A DNA stretch of 64,000 nt from Alphaproteobacteria bacterium (lineage in GTDB: Bacteria; Pseudomonadota; Alphaproteobacteria; GCA-2731375). Below the pieces are notes generated by a model. That model did not search any database and was not told the DNA's origin. It saw nothing but the letters and a program-made list of their open reading frames with translations. The stretch spans positions 125,169 to 189,168 of the forward strand of contig JAVKFY010000011.1 in NCBI GenBank assembly GCA_040223615.1, written 5' to 3'. Numbering within the stretch: position 1 is the stretch's first letter; the number at the start of each line of letters is the position of its first letter. Position numbers and translations under genes: made by a program. Shown here in pieces: positions 29,682-39,433 of the stretch.

Positions 29682-29834
29682 ATGGCCCGTAGGCCGAACT
29701 ACAATTTCGAGCGCATGGAGCGCGAACGTCAAAAGGCCGCGAAAAAGGCCCAAAAACTGGAAGCCAAGCGGGCCAAGGCCGCCGCCAAGCGAGGCGAAGG
29801 CGAGGACCAGCCCGAGGAACCGCCGGCCGACTAG
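29682..29834 (+). CDS. small 50-aa lysine/alanine-rich protein (MARRPNYNFERMERERQKAAKKAQKLEAKRAKAAAKRGEGEDQPEEPPAD)
   Basis: GGAGAA RBS 6 nt upstream of ATG; below the 60-aa cut-off of the ORF track. Confidence 0.35.
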   Translation: MARRPNYNFERMERERQKAAKKAQKLEAKRAKAAAKRGEGEDQPEEPPAD

Positions 29835-29912
29835 GCCCGCCGCCAAGCCTGGCGCCTCGACCCGGGGCGCCGGATATGCTGGCATCGCCCTCGCCATCTG
29901 GGGAGCGCGCCG

Positions 29913-30926
29913 ATGCCCGATCACGAAACTTTCATCCTCCGCGACTTCCGGTTGCAGACCGGTATCGTGTTGCCGACCGCCGAGCTGGCCTACAAGACCT
30001 ATGGCACGCTGTCGCCGGCGCGCGACAACGCGATCCTCTACCCGACCTCCTACGGTGCGCAGCACGGCGATATCGACTGGCTGGTCGGACCCGGGCGCGT
30101 GCTCGATCCGGAACGCTGGTTCATCGTCATCCCCAACCAGTTCGGCAACGGCGCCTCGTCGTCGCCCTCCACGCTGCCGGAGCCGTTCGGGCCCGGCCGG
30201 TTTCCGCGCTTCCGGCACTGGGACAATATCGAGGCGCAGCGCCGGCTGCTGACCGAGGTGTTCGGCATCGAGCAGCTCGCCCTGGTCTACGGCTGGTCGA
30301 TGGGCGCGCAGCAGGCACTGCACTGGGGCGCGATCCATCCCGACCGGGTGCGCGCGCTCTGCGCCGTCTGCGGCTCGGCACGGACGTCGATCCACAACAA
30401 GGTGTTCCTGGAGGGCGTGCGCTCGACGCTGTGCGGCGACACGACCTGGCGCGGCGACCGTTTCGTCGGCCGCCCGACGCAGGGCCTGCGCGCCATGGGC
30501 CGGGTCTATGCCGGCTGGGCGATGAGCCAGGCGTTCTATCGCGAGCGACTGTACGAGACCATCGGCTACGACAGCCTGGAGGACTGGCTGGTGCGCAACT
30601 GGGAGGCCAACTTCCTGCGCCGCGACGGTCACGACCTGCTGTCGATGCTGGACACGTGGTACCACTCCGACATCGCCGACAACGAGATCTTCGGCGGCGA
30701 CCTGGGCGCGGCGCTGGGCGCGATCACGGCGAAGGCCATCGTGATGCCGTCTCGCACCGACCTCTACTTCACGCCCGAGGACAGCGAGATCGAGACCGCC
30801 AAGATGCCGAACGCGGCGTATCGCCCGATCGAGTCGATCTGGGGCCACCGCGCCGGCAACCCGGCGCAGAACCCCGACGACGAGGCGGTGCTGCGAGCGG
30901 CGGTGGCGGAGTTGCTCGGCGGCTGA
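29913..30926 (+). CDS. MetX-like alpha/beta hydrolase (homoserine O-acetyltransferase family)
   Basis: 337 aa; GWSMGAQQAL nucleophile elbow, MetX-like N-terminus. Confidence 0.75.
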   Translation: MPDHETFILRDFRLQTGIVLPTAELAYKTYGTLSPARDNAILYPTSYGAQHGDIDWLVGPGRVLDPERWFIVIPNQFGNGASSSPSTLPEPFGPGRFPRFRHWDNIEAQRRLLTEVFGIEQLALVYGWSMGAQQALHWGAIHPDRVRALCAVCGSARTSIHNKVFLEGVRSTLCGDTTWRGDRFVGRPTQGLRAMGRVYAGWAMSQAFYRERLYETIGYDSLEDWLVRNWEANFLRRDGHDLLSMLDTWYHSDIADNEIFGGDLGAALGAITAKAIVMPSRTDLYFTPEDSEIETAKMPNAAYRPIESIWGHRAGNPAQNPDDEAVLRAAVAELLGG

Positions 30927-31022
30927 GCAAGTGCCCGGGCGGGACCCGGGCGGTTTTCTTCCGGGCCATGTCACATCGTGCGGCGCTACCTCGTCCTATC
31001 ACCAAGACGAGGAGATTTGCCC

Positions 31023-31403
31023 ATGCGCGTCGCGGTGGCTCTGCTGGTTGGCGTGTTCTTGTTCGGTAACGGCGGCTTCATGCTGCTGGCGCCGGGCGTC
31101 TGGTACGAGACGGTACCCGGCGTGATCGGTACCGGACCGCTGAACGTGCACTTCGTGCGCGATATCGGTGCCGCTTACCTGGCCAGCGCCGGCGCGGCGC
31201 TGTGGCTGGCGGCGGACCGGCGTGCCTGGCCGGCGGCATTGGTCGCCAGCATCTTCCTGGGCCTGCACGGGTTGATCCATCTCGTCGAGTGGCTTGGCGG
31301 GCACGGTCACGGGCATCTCGCAACCGACCTGCCGGGCATCTGGTTGCCGCCGCTGGCCCTGCTCTGGCTGGGCTGGCCGCGACGCGCGACGAAGGAGACC
31401 TGA
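31023..31403 (+). CDS. hypothetical integral membrane protein
   Basis: 126 aa, 4 predicted TM helices, GAGGAG RBS; first gene of membrane protein/CMD/ECF-sigma operon. Confidence 0.55.
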   Translation: MRVAVALLVGVFLFGNGGFMLLAPGVWYETVPGVIGTGPLNVHFVRDIGAAYLASAGAALWLAADRRAWPAALVASIFLGLHGLIHLVEWLGGHGHGHLATDLPGIWLPPLALLWLGWPRRATKET

Positions 31404-31404
31404 C

Positions 31405-31947
31405 ATGCTGAAATGGCTGATCCGCAACCGGCTCGATGCGTTCGAGAAGAAGTATCGCTATGACCTTGGCTACATGCGCGAGCTGATGGACCTGGACTAT
31501 GCCGGCTTCCGGCACTTCGCGCGCGCCATCGGCGGCGGCAAGTATCGCGGCGCGCTACCGCGCGATGCCTGGTACGCGGCCAAGCTGGCGACCATGCAAC
31601 ACGACGATTGCGGCCCCTGCGCGCAACTTTGCGTCGACATGGCGCTGGAAGAAGGCGTCCCAGCCGACGCGCTCAAGGCCGGCGCGGACCGCGCGCCGGC
31701 GGCGATGCCGGCTGACATGGCGCTGGCCTGGCGCTTCGCCACCGCGACGCTGACCCGCGATCCGGCCGCCGACCATCTGCGTGATCAGGCCGTGGCGCGC
31801 TGGGGGGCGGCCGGCGCGGCGTCCCTGGCGCTCACCATCACGCTGGCGCGGCTCTACCCGACGCTGAAATACGCCATGGGCCACGGCAAGACATGTCAGA
31901 CGCTGAGCGTAGCGGGCACGGAGAACCCGTTGCGGCCGGTGGCATGA
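31405..31947 (+). CDS. carboxymuconolactone-decarboxylase (AhpD-like) family protein
   Basis: 180 aa; starts 2 nt after previous stop with GGAGA RBS; DDCGPCAQLC motif; stop overlaps sigma-factor start. Confidence 0.5.
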   Translation: MLKWLIRNRLDAFEKKYRYDLGYMRELMDLDYAGFRHFARAIGGGKYRGALPRDAWYAAKLATMQHDDCGPCAQLCVDMALEEGVPADALKAGADRAPAAMPADMALAWRFATATLTRDPAADHLRDQAVARWGAAGAASLALTITLARLYPTLKYAMGHGKTCQTLSVAGTENPLRPVA

Positions 31948-32819
31948 ACGACGACGCGGCAGCCGGCTTCGAGCCGCACCGGCGGCACCTGATCGCGCTC
32001 GCCTACCGGATGCTGGGCTCGCGCAGCGAAGCGGAGGACATCGTGCAGGACGCCTATTTGCGCTGGCACCGGACCGAGCGGGCAGAGGTGGCGGAAGCGC
32101 GCGGCTTCCTGACCACAGTGGTCACGCGGCTCTGCCTCGACCACCTGAAGTCGGCTCGCGTGCGACGCGAGAGCTATGTCGGCCCCTGGCTGCCCGAGCC
32201 GGTGCTGGACGCGCAAGCGCTGTCGCCGGAGCGGTCGAGCGAGATCGCCGAGGACCTGACCATTGCCCTGCTGATGACCATGGAACGCCTGTCGCCGCTG
32301 GAGCGCGCCGCCTTCCTGCTGCATGACGTGTTCGAGCTCGATTTCGCCGAGGTGGCCTCGACCCTGGACCGATCGCCGGCCGCCTGCCGCCAGTTGGCCG
32401 CCCGCGCCCGGACCCAGGTGCAACGCGACCGGCCGCGCTATGGCACCAACCGGAAAGACGCCGATCGCCTGGTCCGCGCCTTCAAGACCGCGGCGGAACA
32501 GGGCGACGTGGCCGCGCTCGTCGAAGTGCTGGCCGGAGACGTCGTGCTCTACAACGATGCCGGCGGCCGACGTCACGCCGCACTGAACCCGATCTTCGGT
32601 CGCGATCGGTTCCTGCGCTTCGTCGCCGGCATTCGCAAGAAGGATCCCGACGTCGGAGCGATCCGCTACGAGGTCGCCGAGGTCAACGGCCGGCCCGGCT
32701 TGCTGGGGCACGAGGTCGACGGCGGCCACTTCGCCATCGCTTTCGACTGCGTCGACGGCAGGATCGTGGCGGTCTACACCATGTTGAACCCGGACAAGCT
32801 GACGCATCTGCCGCATTGA
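31944..32819 (+). CDS. ECF sigma factor, ECF41/SigJ-like, with C-terminal SnoaL-like extension
   Basis: sigma-2 region (IVQDAYLRWHR), sigma-4 (DVFELDFAEVASTLDRSPAACRQLAARAR), then about 100-aa C-terminal extension; no anti-sigma gene. Confidence 0.85.
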   Translation: MNDDAAAGFEPHRRHLIALAYRMLGSRSEAEDIVQDAYLRWHRTERAEVAEARGFLTTVVTRLCLDHLKSARVRRESYVGPWLPEPVLDAQALSPERSSEIAEDLTIALLMTMERLSPLERAAFLLHDVFELDFAEVASTLDRSPAACRQLAARARTQVQRDRPRYGTNRKDADRLVRAFKTAAEQGDVAALVEVLAGDVVLYNDAGGRRHAALNPIFGRDRFLRFVAGIRKKDPDVGAIRYEVAEVNGRPGLLGHEVDGGHFAIAFDCVDGRIVAVYTMLNPDKLTHLPH

Positions 32820-32849
32820 CCTGGCGCACGGGCGGACGATATCGCATGG

Positions 32850-34208
32850 GTGAGCGATCGTCCCGTCATCGTCTGGTTCCGCCAGGATCTGCGTCTGTCC
32901 GACCACCCCGCCCTGCGCGCGGCGGCGGAGACCGGCCGGCCGATCGTGCCGCTCTACGTGCTGGACGAGACTGAAGCCGGTGAGCGCACGCCGGGCGGCG
33001 CCTCGAAGTGGTACCTGCACGGCAGCCTGGCCAAGCTGGCGGCCAGCCTGCGTCGGCGGCACGGCGGCCTGGTGCTGCGGCGCGGGCCGGTGGCAGAGAC
33101 CGTGGCGCGGCTGGTGCAGGAGATCGGCGCCGAAGCGATCTTCCTGACCCGCGCCTACACGCCCGGCGGCATCGCCGACGAAACGGCGTTGGCAAAGCAG
33201 CTCGACGTGAAACGCTATGGCGGCGCGCTGCTATGGGAGCCGGAGGCGGTGGAGACCAAGGACGGCGGACCGTACAAGGTGTTCACGCCGTTCCATCGCG
33301 CCTGCCAGGCGCAGCGCGAGCCGGCCGCACCGAAGCCGGCGCCGGAAAACCTGACGCTGATATCGGCGCCCGGCGACGATCTGGATGACTGGGGTCTGCT
33401 GCCCACCAGACCCGATTGGGCTGGCGGCCTGCGCGAGAGCTGGACGCCCGGCGAGGCCGGCGCGCAAGCGCGCCTGGCGGCGTTCGCCGATTGTGCCGTG
33501 GCCGATTATGCAGACGGACACGACCGGCCCGATGTCGACGGCACGTCGCGGCTGTCGCCGGCTCTGCATTTCGGCGAGATCAGCCCGCGCCAGGCCTGGC
33601 ACGCGGTCGGCGACCATCGTGGCGGCGCGGCGTTTCGGCGCGAGCTGGTGTGGCGCGAATTCTGCGCCCACCTGCTGTTCCACTTCCCCGACCTGCCGAC
33701 ACAGCCGTTCAAGGCGGACTTCGCCGACTTCCCGTGGCGCGTCGACGAGGCGGCGCTGCTGGCATGGCAGCGCGGCCAGACCGGCTACCCGCTGGTCGAC
33801 GCCGGCATGCGCCAGCTCTGGGAAACCGGCTGGATGCACAACCGGGTGCGCATGGTGGTCGCGTCCTTCCTGGTCAAGCACCTGCTGATCGGCTGGTGGC
33901 ACGGCGAGGCGTGGTTCTGGGACACGCTGGTCGACGCGGATCTCGCCAACAATGTCGGCGGCTGGCAATGGGTCGCCGGCTGCGGCGCCGACGCCGCGCC
34001 CTACTTCCGCATCTTCAACCCGATCCTGCAGGGACAGAAGTTCGATCCCGATGGGGCGTATGTGCGCAGATGGGTTCCGGCGCTTCGTGACATCCCGGAC
34101 GCGCACGTGCATGAGCCGTGGAAGGCAGGCGGGGCGGCGCCGATCGTAGACCACGCGGCGGCGCGGCAACGTGCCCTGGCGGCACTGAAGGCGACAAATC
34201 GAGGCTGA
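32850..34208 (+). CDS. phrB: deoxyribodipyrimidine photolyase
   Basis: 452 aa; WFRQDLRLSDHPAL, FAD-binding WREF...GWMHNRVRM..DADLANNVGGWQW. Confidence 0.9.
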   Translation: MSDRPVIVWFRQDLRLSDHPALRAAAETGRPIVPLYVLDETEAGERTPGGASKWYLHGSLAKLAASLRRRHGGLVLRRGPVAETVARLVQEIGAEAIFLTRAYTPGGIADETALAKQLDVKRYGGALLWEPEAVETKDGGPYKVFTPFHRACQAQREPAAPKPAPENLTLISAPGDDLDDWGLLPTRPDWAGGLRESWTPGEAGAQARLAAFADCAVADYADGHDRPDVDGTSRLSPALHFGEISPRQAWHAVGDHRGGAAFRRELVWREFCAHLLFHFPDLPTQPFKADFADFPWRVDEAALLAWQRGQTGYPLVDAGMRQLWETGWMHNRVRMVVASFLVKHLLIGWWHGEAWFWDTLVDADLANNVGGWQWVAGCGADAAPYFRIFNPILQGQKFDPDGAYVRRWVPALRDIPDAHVHEPWKAGGAAPIVDHAAARQRALAALKATNRG

Positions 34209-34246
34209 GCGAGCCGGCGACGCGGCTGGGGTCGCAGGGCAGCCGG

Positions 34247-36628
34247 CTAAGCACCGTCGCCGGGCGGCACGATATGGACGACACGCTGGGGAAACGGAAT
34301 CTCGATGTCCGCCTCGCGGAAGCGGCGGTCGATCTCGAACCGGATGTCGGAAGCGATGATGATCTTGTACAGGACGTCGTCGGTATAGCAACGCAGCTCG
34401 AAATCCAGGCTGCTGTCGCCGAAATTCATGAACAGCACGAACGGCGCCGGGTAGTCCAGCACGCGCTCGTGCGCGTTGGCCGCCTCCAGCATGATCTCTT
34501 TCACCCGCGCCGTGTCGCTGCCGTAGGCGACCCCGACCCCGACCTCGATGCGGCCGTAGCGGTCCTGGTGCGTCCAGTTCATCACGCTGGAGGAGATCAG
34601 GTCCGCGTTGGGAATGATCACCGAGGCGCGCTGGAAGGTCTGCAACTCGGTGGCACGCACGTTGATCTTCTTCACGAAGCCTTCGTTGCCGCCGACGACC
34701 ACCCAGTCGCCGACCTTGACCGGCCGCTCGATCAGCAGGATCAGGCCGGAGACGAAGTTGTTGACCACGTTCTGCAGGCCAAAGCCGATGCCGACCGACA
34801 GCGCGCCGGCGATCAGCGCGATGTTCGACAGGTCGATGCCGAGCGCCGCCACCGCCAGCGTGCCGGCCAGCAGCACGCCAAGGTAGCCGAAGCCCGACGC
34901 GATGGAGTTCTGCACCCCGAGGTCGAGGTTGGTCTCCGGCAAAAGTTGTTCGGCCAACCCCCGGCGCAGCAGCCGGGTGATGATCAGTCCAACCACGAGC
35001 ACCAGGATCGCGGTGCCGATATCGGTGATTGACAAGGTGACGTTGCCGACGCGTAAGCCGGTCAGGATCAGCGTTGCCCATTCGCTGAGCGCGGCCCAGG
35101 CGACGCCCCAGAAGGGCAGCACAAGCAGCAGCCCGCCAAAGACCAGCACTAGGTCGAGCAGGACGCGAAGCCAGAACTTCAGCAGCCGGCGGGTACGGTG
35201 GCTGATCCCGGCCTGCTCGCGTATCAGCCGGGCGCGCAGGCCGATGCCAACCAGTTCGCGCAGCACGCCGCGCAGCAGGAACAGCGTGCCGACGACAAGG
35301 CCGCTGATCACCAGGTTCTTGATCAGGTAGTCGCCGAGGCCGGCATGGCCGATCAAGATGGCGCCCATGCCGACAACCACCACGATCGCGACCAGCAGGC
35401 GCAGCAGCGGCCAGAACGGTGCCGCCGCCGCCGCTTCGACCTTCTCCACGTCGCTGCCCGGTGTCCGTTTCTGCAGACGCCACAGCGACGGGCGCAGCAA
35501 CAGCAGGATGCCGGCGCCCTCCAGCAGGTCGGTGACCGTGGCGTAGATCGAGCGCAGCGCCGGCACGATGTCGGCATCGTGAAAGGCGACGATCAACGCC
35601 ACGTCGAGCGCGAAGATGAATCCGACCAGGCCAATCCAGCGGCACATCGCGCGCGCCGAGCGCGCCTCGATCGGCATCAGGCTCCAAACCGGCTGCGAGG
35701 GCGCCAACACCGCGCGCGGCAGCGATACCGCCAGCACCAGTACGATCAGCCCGAGACAGGCGGCGGCGACATAGTCGGCGACCGGACCGAAGAACAGGTC
35801 GCTTCGGGCGGTGGCGCGCTGCAGGATGGTCAGCAGCAACGCCGCCGGGATAAGGCCACGGGCCGCCCCTTCCGCGATCGCGGCGGCGAAGCGCCGGGTA
35901 TAGGTCGGGTCCGGATCCGCATTGCGCCCGAAGCGGCGCAGCAGCACGCGTCGCAGCAACCAGCCCAAGGCCAGCACGCAGATCGTGATCAGCACCATGC
36001 GGGCGAAGATCACATTGCCGCGCTTGCGCGCGGCCAGCTCGGCCCGCCAGTCGAGCGCCGACCGTGCCGTTTCGCTCGCCAGCGCGTAGGCGGCGGCGAG
36101 ACCATCGCGCCAGGTATCGGCCTCGAAGGGCGGCGGGTAGGCACGGCCGAGGTCGTCGAAGAAGCCGGACAGCGTCAGCTCGCCAAGCTGCCCCCGGAGC
36201 TGTTCGGCGCGGGCGATGGTGAGTTCGGTCTGGGTGACGCGGGCCCGGAGCTGGGCGACTCTCTCGTTCAACGTGTCGCGTTCCTTGCGCACGTCGTCGG
36301 TTTCCGCCGGCTCGCCCTCCTTCGGTTCGGGTCCGAGGGCGGTCAGCAGTTCCTGCGCCTTCTCCAGGTCGGCGCGCGCGATGTTGGCGACCTCGTGCGC
36401 CTCCAGCAGGAGCTGACCGATCTTCGCGATCCAGTCGTCGGTCTCCGCTTCGACCTGCTGCGTCCGGTCGAGATAGACCTGCGCCTGGTCGAGGATACGG
36501 TTCCACTCGGTAAGCTGAGTGCCGAAGGGTCGCGAGATCTTTTGCGCGGATTGCGCCGCCGCCGTGCCGGCCAGGACCACCAGCACCAGGATCAATGGCA
36601 GGCAGCGAGCGACGGCACGCGCGGTCAT
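34247..36628 (-). CDS. mechanosensitive channel, MscK/KefA (large MscS) family
   Basis: 793 aa; signal peptide, long coiled-coil periplasmic domain, about 11 TM, C-terminal MscS domain. Confidence 0.85.
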   Translation of the reverse strand: MTARAVARCLPLILVLVVLAGTAAAQSAQKISRPFGTQLTEWNRILDQAQVYLDRTQQVEAETDDWIAKIGQLLLEAHEVANIARADLEKAQELLTALGPEPKEGEPAETDDVRKERDTLNERVAQLRARVTQTELTIARAEQLRGQLGELTLSGFFDDLGRAYPPPFEADTWRDGLAAAYALASETARSALDWRAELAARKRGNVIFARMVLITICVLALGWLLRRVLLRRFGRNADPDPTYTRRFAAAIAEGAARGLIPAALLLTILQRATARSDLFFGPVADYVAAACLGLIVLVLAVSLPRAVLAPSQPVWSLMPIEARSARAMCRWIGLVGFIFALDVALIVAFHDADIVPALRSIYATVTDLLEGAGILLLLRPSLWRLQKRTPGSDVEKVEAAAAAPFWPLLRLLVAIVVVVGMGAILIGHAGLGDYLIKNLVISGLVVGTLFLLRGVLRELVGIGLRARLIREQAGISHRTRRLLKFWLRVLLDLVLVFGGLLLVLPFWGVAWAALSEWATLILTGLRVGNVTLSITDIGTAILVLVVGLIITRLLRRGLAEQLLPETNLDLGVQNSIASGFGYLGVLLAGTLAVAALGIDLSNIALIAGALSVGIGFGLQNVVNNFVSGLILLIERPVKVGDWVVVGGNEGFVKKINVRATELQTFQRASVIIPNADLISSSVMNWTHQDRYGRIEVGVGVAYGSDTARVKEIMLEAANAHERVLDYPAPFVLFMNFGDSSLDFELRCYTDDVLYKIIIASDIRFEIDRRFREADIEIPFPQRVVHIVPPGDGA

Positions 36629-37356
36629 GATCCGAACAGCCGTCCCCAGGGGCGCAGGCGCGCCATGTCGACACCCAGCCGGTCCAGGCTATGCCAGACC
36701 GTGAGCGCGACGGAGTCCACGACCGGCTTGCCGATCTCGGCCTCGATCTCGGCGGCAACGGCGGCGCCGTTCAGATTGGTGCAGTAGATCATCACCGCGT
36801 CGACGTCCGGCGCGACGTCGCGGCACATCGCGGCCAGCCGGTCCGGCGGCACCTCGGAGAACGCGAAGTTCTCGGAAATGCCGAGGTGGCGCTCGACACG
36901 GCAGTCGAGCCCTTCCTCGCCGTAGTGACCGACGATCGCGGCCTGCACGTCGTCGGTGTAGGGCGTGACCAGACCGATGCGGCTCATGCCCCAGCGTCGG
37001 AACAGCTCGGCGCTGGCCAGCGTCGTGGTGGTCGCCAGCGCGCCGGTCGCGGCCTCGATCCGGCGGCACAGGTCGCGGTCGTGCTCGAAGCCGAGCCAGC
37101 CGGCCGAGGTGCCGTTCCAGGCGATCACCTGACAGCGCGCATCGCCCAGCAGCTCGGCCGCGCGCAGCAATTCGCTATGGTCGAACTGCGCCAGCGCGTC
37201 GTCGGCGAGTGCAATGCGGGTGACGCGGAAGCGACTGAAATGCGCGCTCACATCCGGCAAGTCGGCCAGGATCCCGGCGCAGACCGGCTCCAGCGTGGTG
37301 TTGGAGGACGGCGTCAGCATGCCCACGAGACGGCGGCCCACCTTGTCCGTCGTCAT
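36625..37356 (-). CDS. Asp/Glu/hydantoin racemase superfamily protein (maleate isomerase / arylmalonate decarboxylase-like)
   Basis: 243 aa; overlaps start of downstream MscK gene and stop of upstream ligase. Confidence 0.7.
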   Translation of the reverse strand: MTTDKVGRRLVGMLTPSSNTTLEPVCAGILADLPDVSAHFSRFRVTRIALADDALAQFDHSELLRAAELLGDARCQVIAWNGTSAGWLGFEHDRDLCRRIEAATGALATTTTLASAELFRRWGMSRIGLVTPYTDDVQAAIVGHYGEEGLDCRVERHLGISENFAFSEVPPDRLAAMCRDVAPDVDAVMIYCTNLNGAAVAAEIEAEIGKPVVDSVALTVWHSLDRLGVDMARLRPWGRLFGS

Positions 37357-38927
37357 GCGCTGCTCCGCTGCCGCATGGCCTCGTCCGCCATCTCGCGCAG
37401 CCGGCCGCGCTGGATCTTGGTGCCGTTGGCCGACTTGGCGGTCGGGAACTCGTCCAGCACGGCGACACCGACCGGCGCCTTGAACTTGGCCAGGCCGGCC
37501 TGGCAGTGGGCGATGATCTCGGCTTCCGACACCTGTGCGCCCGTTGCCGGCACCACGAAGGCGAAGGCGCGGCGGCCGGCCGTCGCGTCGACGGCGACCA
37601 CCTGGGCGTGGCCGACCTCCGGACGCTGTTCGATATGCGCCTCGATCTCGACGGGGCTGACCAGGAAGCCGCCCAGCCGCAGCACGTCGCCCATGCGTTG
37701 CAGGTAGACGAAGCGGCCGTCGGCGCAGGTGTGGCCGAGGTCGCCGGTACGGACGAAGCCGTCGGCGGTGATGGCCTCGGCGGTGGCTTCCGGGTTGCCG
37801 TCATAGCCGGCCATCTGGCTCGGCCCTTTCAGTTCCAGCTCGCCGGGCTGGTCGTGCGGCAGCAGCGCGCCGGTATCGGGGTCGCGCACCCGCACCCCGG
37901 CCAGCGACGAAACCGGGAAGCCGCCGCCCTGCACCCGGTCCGCCAGTGGCAGGCTATCCGGCTGCCGGCTGTACAGCGCCTGCACCTCGCTCATGCCGTA
38001 GAGGCCGATGACGTTGATGCCCTTGGCGTCGCAGTCGGCGACCAGCTTGTTGAAGCCGGCGTTGAAGGCGGCGGAACCGACGGCGCGGATATTGCCCAGC
38101 GATCCGGCGTCGATCAGGGCACGCAGCATGTCGTCGGTAGCGTTCAAGTGGCGCACGTCGTGCTCGGCGATGAGCTTGATCGCGGCGCCAGGATCAAAGG
38201 CGCTTTGCAGCAGCATCGGCCGGCCGCCGGCCAGCGCCGCGGCCGCCTGGGTGAAGCCGAACACACCGCAGAAGGGCAGCGCCTGCAGCATCGCGCCCTC
38301 GTGGTAGCCGAAGCCGTCGACCACCTCGATGGCGTGGTCGGCGATCGAGTGCTGTTCGTGCAGGACGAATTTCGGCGCCTTGGTCGTGCCCGACGTGGTG
38401 AAGATGTTGCATGGGCTGTCGCGGTCGCCGTCGACCGCGTCGCGCGGCGCGGCGCCGGCCAGCTCGCCGAAACTCAGGCGCTGTATCTTGTCGAGCGCGG
38501 CGGGCAACGCCGGCTGGTCCTCGCCCTCGTCGTAGGTGACGACGGCGCGCAGGCGGGCCAGCGCGGCCGGGTCGACCTCGGCCAGCAGGCCCGGGAAGTC
38601 GATGTTGCGGAAGCCCGGCCACATCGCCAGCACCGTGGCACCGGAGCGGCCGACGATGTCGGCGACCTCGAGCGAGCGGAAGCGCGTGTTCACCGCCACA
38701 GCGATGGCGCCGAGCCGGCAGCAGGCCAGGTACAATGCCAGGTAGGCCGGCGTGTTCGGCAGCCACATCGCCACCCTGCCGCCAGGGCCGATGCCGAGCT
38801 CCGACAGGCCGCCGGCGACGCGCGCGCTCATTCGCTCCAGTTCGCCATAGGTCATCGCCCGGCCGGCGTAGTACAGCGCCGGCGCGGCCGGGTCCTGCCG
38901 CCGCAGCAGATCGGTGACGGCGAGCAT
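37353..38927 (-). CDS. AMP-dependent acyl-CoA synthetase/ligase
   Basis: 524 aa; TSGTTKAPK P-loop-like motif, GYGMSE, TGDLG. Confidence 0.88.
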   Translation of the reverse strand: MLAVTDLLRRQDPAAPALYYAGRAMTYGELERMSARVAGGLSELGIGPGGRVAMWLPNTPAYLALYLACCRLGAIAVAVNTRFRSLEVADIVGRSGATVLAMWPGFRNIDFPGLLAEVDPAALARLRAVVTYDEGEDQPALPAALDKIQRLSFGELAGAAPRDAVDGDRDSPCNIFTTSGTTKAPKFVLHEQHSIADHAIEVVDGFGYHEGAMLQALPFCGVFGFTQAAAALAGGRPMLLQSAFDPGAAIKLIAEHDVRHLNATDDMLRALIDAGSLGNIRAVGSAAFNAGFNKLVADCDAKGINVIGLYGMSEVQALYSRQPDSLPLADRVQGGGFPVSSLAGVRVRDPDTGALLPHDQPGELELKGPSQMAGYDGNPEATAEAITADGFVRTGDLGHTCADGRFVYLQRMGDVLRLGGFLVSPVEIEAHIEQRPEVGHAQVVAVDATAGRRAFAFVVPATGAQVSEAEIIAHCQAGLAKFKAPVGVAVLDEFPTAKSANGTKIQRGRLREMADEAMRQRSSA

Positions 38928-38932
38928 CGCGC

Positions 38933-39277
38933 TCAGATCTCCCCGCGAACTTTCTTGAGAAGCGTTTCCAGGTCCATCGGCACCACGACCACCTCGTTCA
39001 ACCGGCGCTCGAAATCGCTCTCGTCACGCGTCCAGCCGTCCGGTGGCAGTTCGGAAACCACCACTTCCATGAACACGCGGTAGAGCTTCAGCGCCTCCTC
39101 CGGGCCGCGCAGGTCGGCCAGCAGGGCGAGCGCGAGCTGCGCCGGGCCGGTGCCTTCATAGCCCCATTCGAACCCCTCGGCGCCCAGGTCGCGGACCTGA
39201 CGGGCCGGATCCAGCGGCTGGCCATCCACCGTGACCAGCACGCCACCGTCGATACGCTCGGCGCGGTAAACCTTCAT
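38933..39277 (-). CDS. hypothetical protein (114 aa)
   Basis: MKVYRAERIDGGVLVTVDGQPLDP...; no recognisable motif; 6 nt upstream of ligase gene. Confidence 0.45.
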   Translation of the reverse strand: MKVYRAERIDGGVLVTVDGQPLDPARQVRDLGAEGFEWGYEGTGPAQLALALLADLRGPEEALKLYRVFMEVVVSELPPDGWTRDESDFERRLNEVVVVPMDLETLLKKVRGEI

Positions 39278-39384
39278 GACTCGGGCAGTTTACTCCGAGC
39301 CGACCCGTTTGTGACGCCAGACCCACCATTATTCGTCACCCCCGGCCTTGATCCGGGCTGACGCACCGTGGAAGTAGAACGACG

Positions 39385-39408
39385 AAGGGCGCCGTCGCCG
39401 GCGCCCTT
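39385..39408 (-). terminator. GC-rich hairpin (AAGGGCGCCG-GCGA-CGGCGCCCTT) downstream of thiolase gene
   Basis: Seen in sequence; weak U-tract. Confidence 0.35.
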
Positions 39409-39433
39409 CGCGATCCGTCAGCCCGATTCAAGC

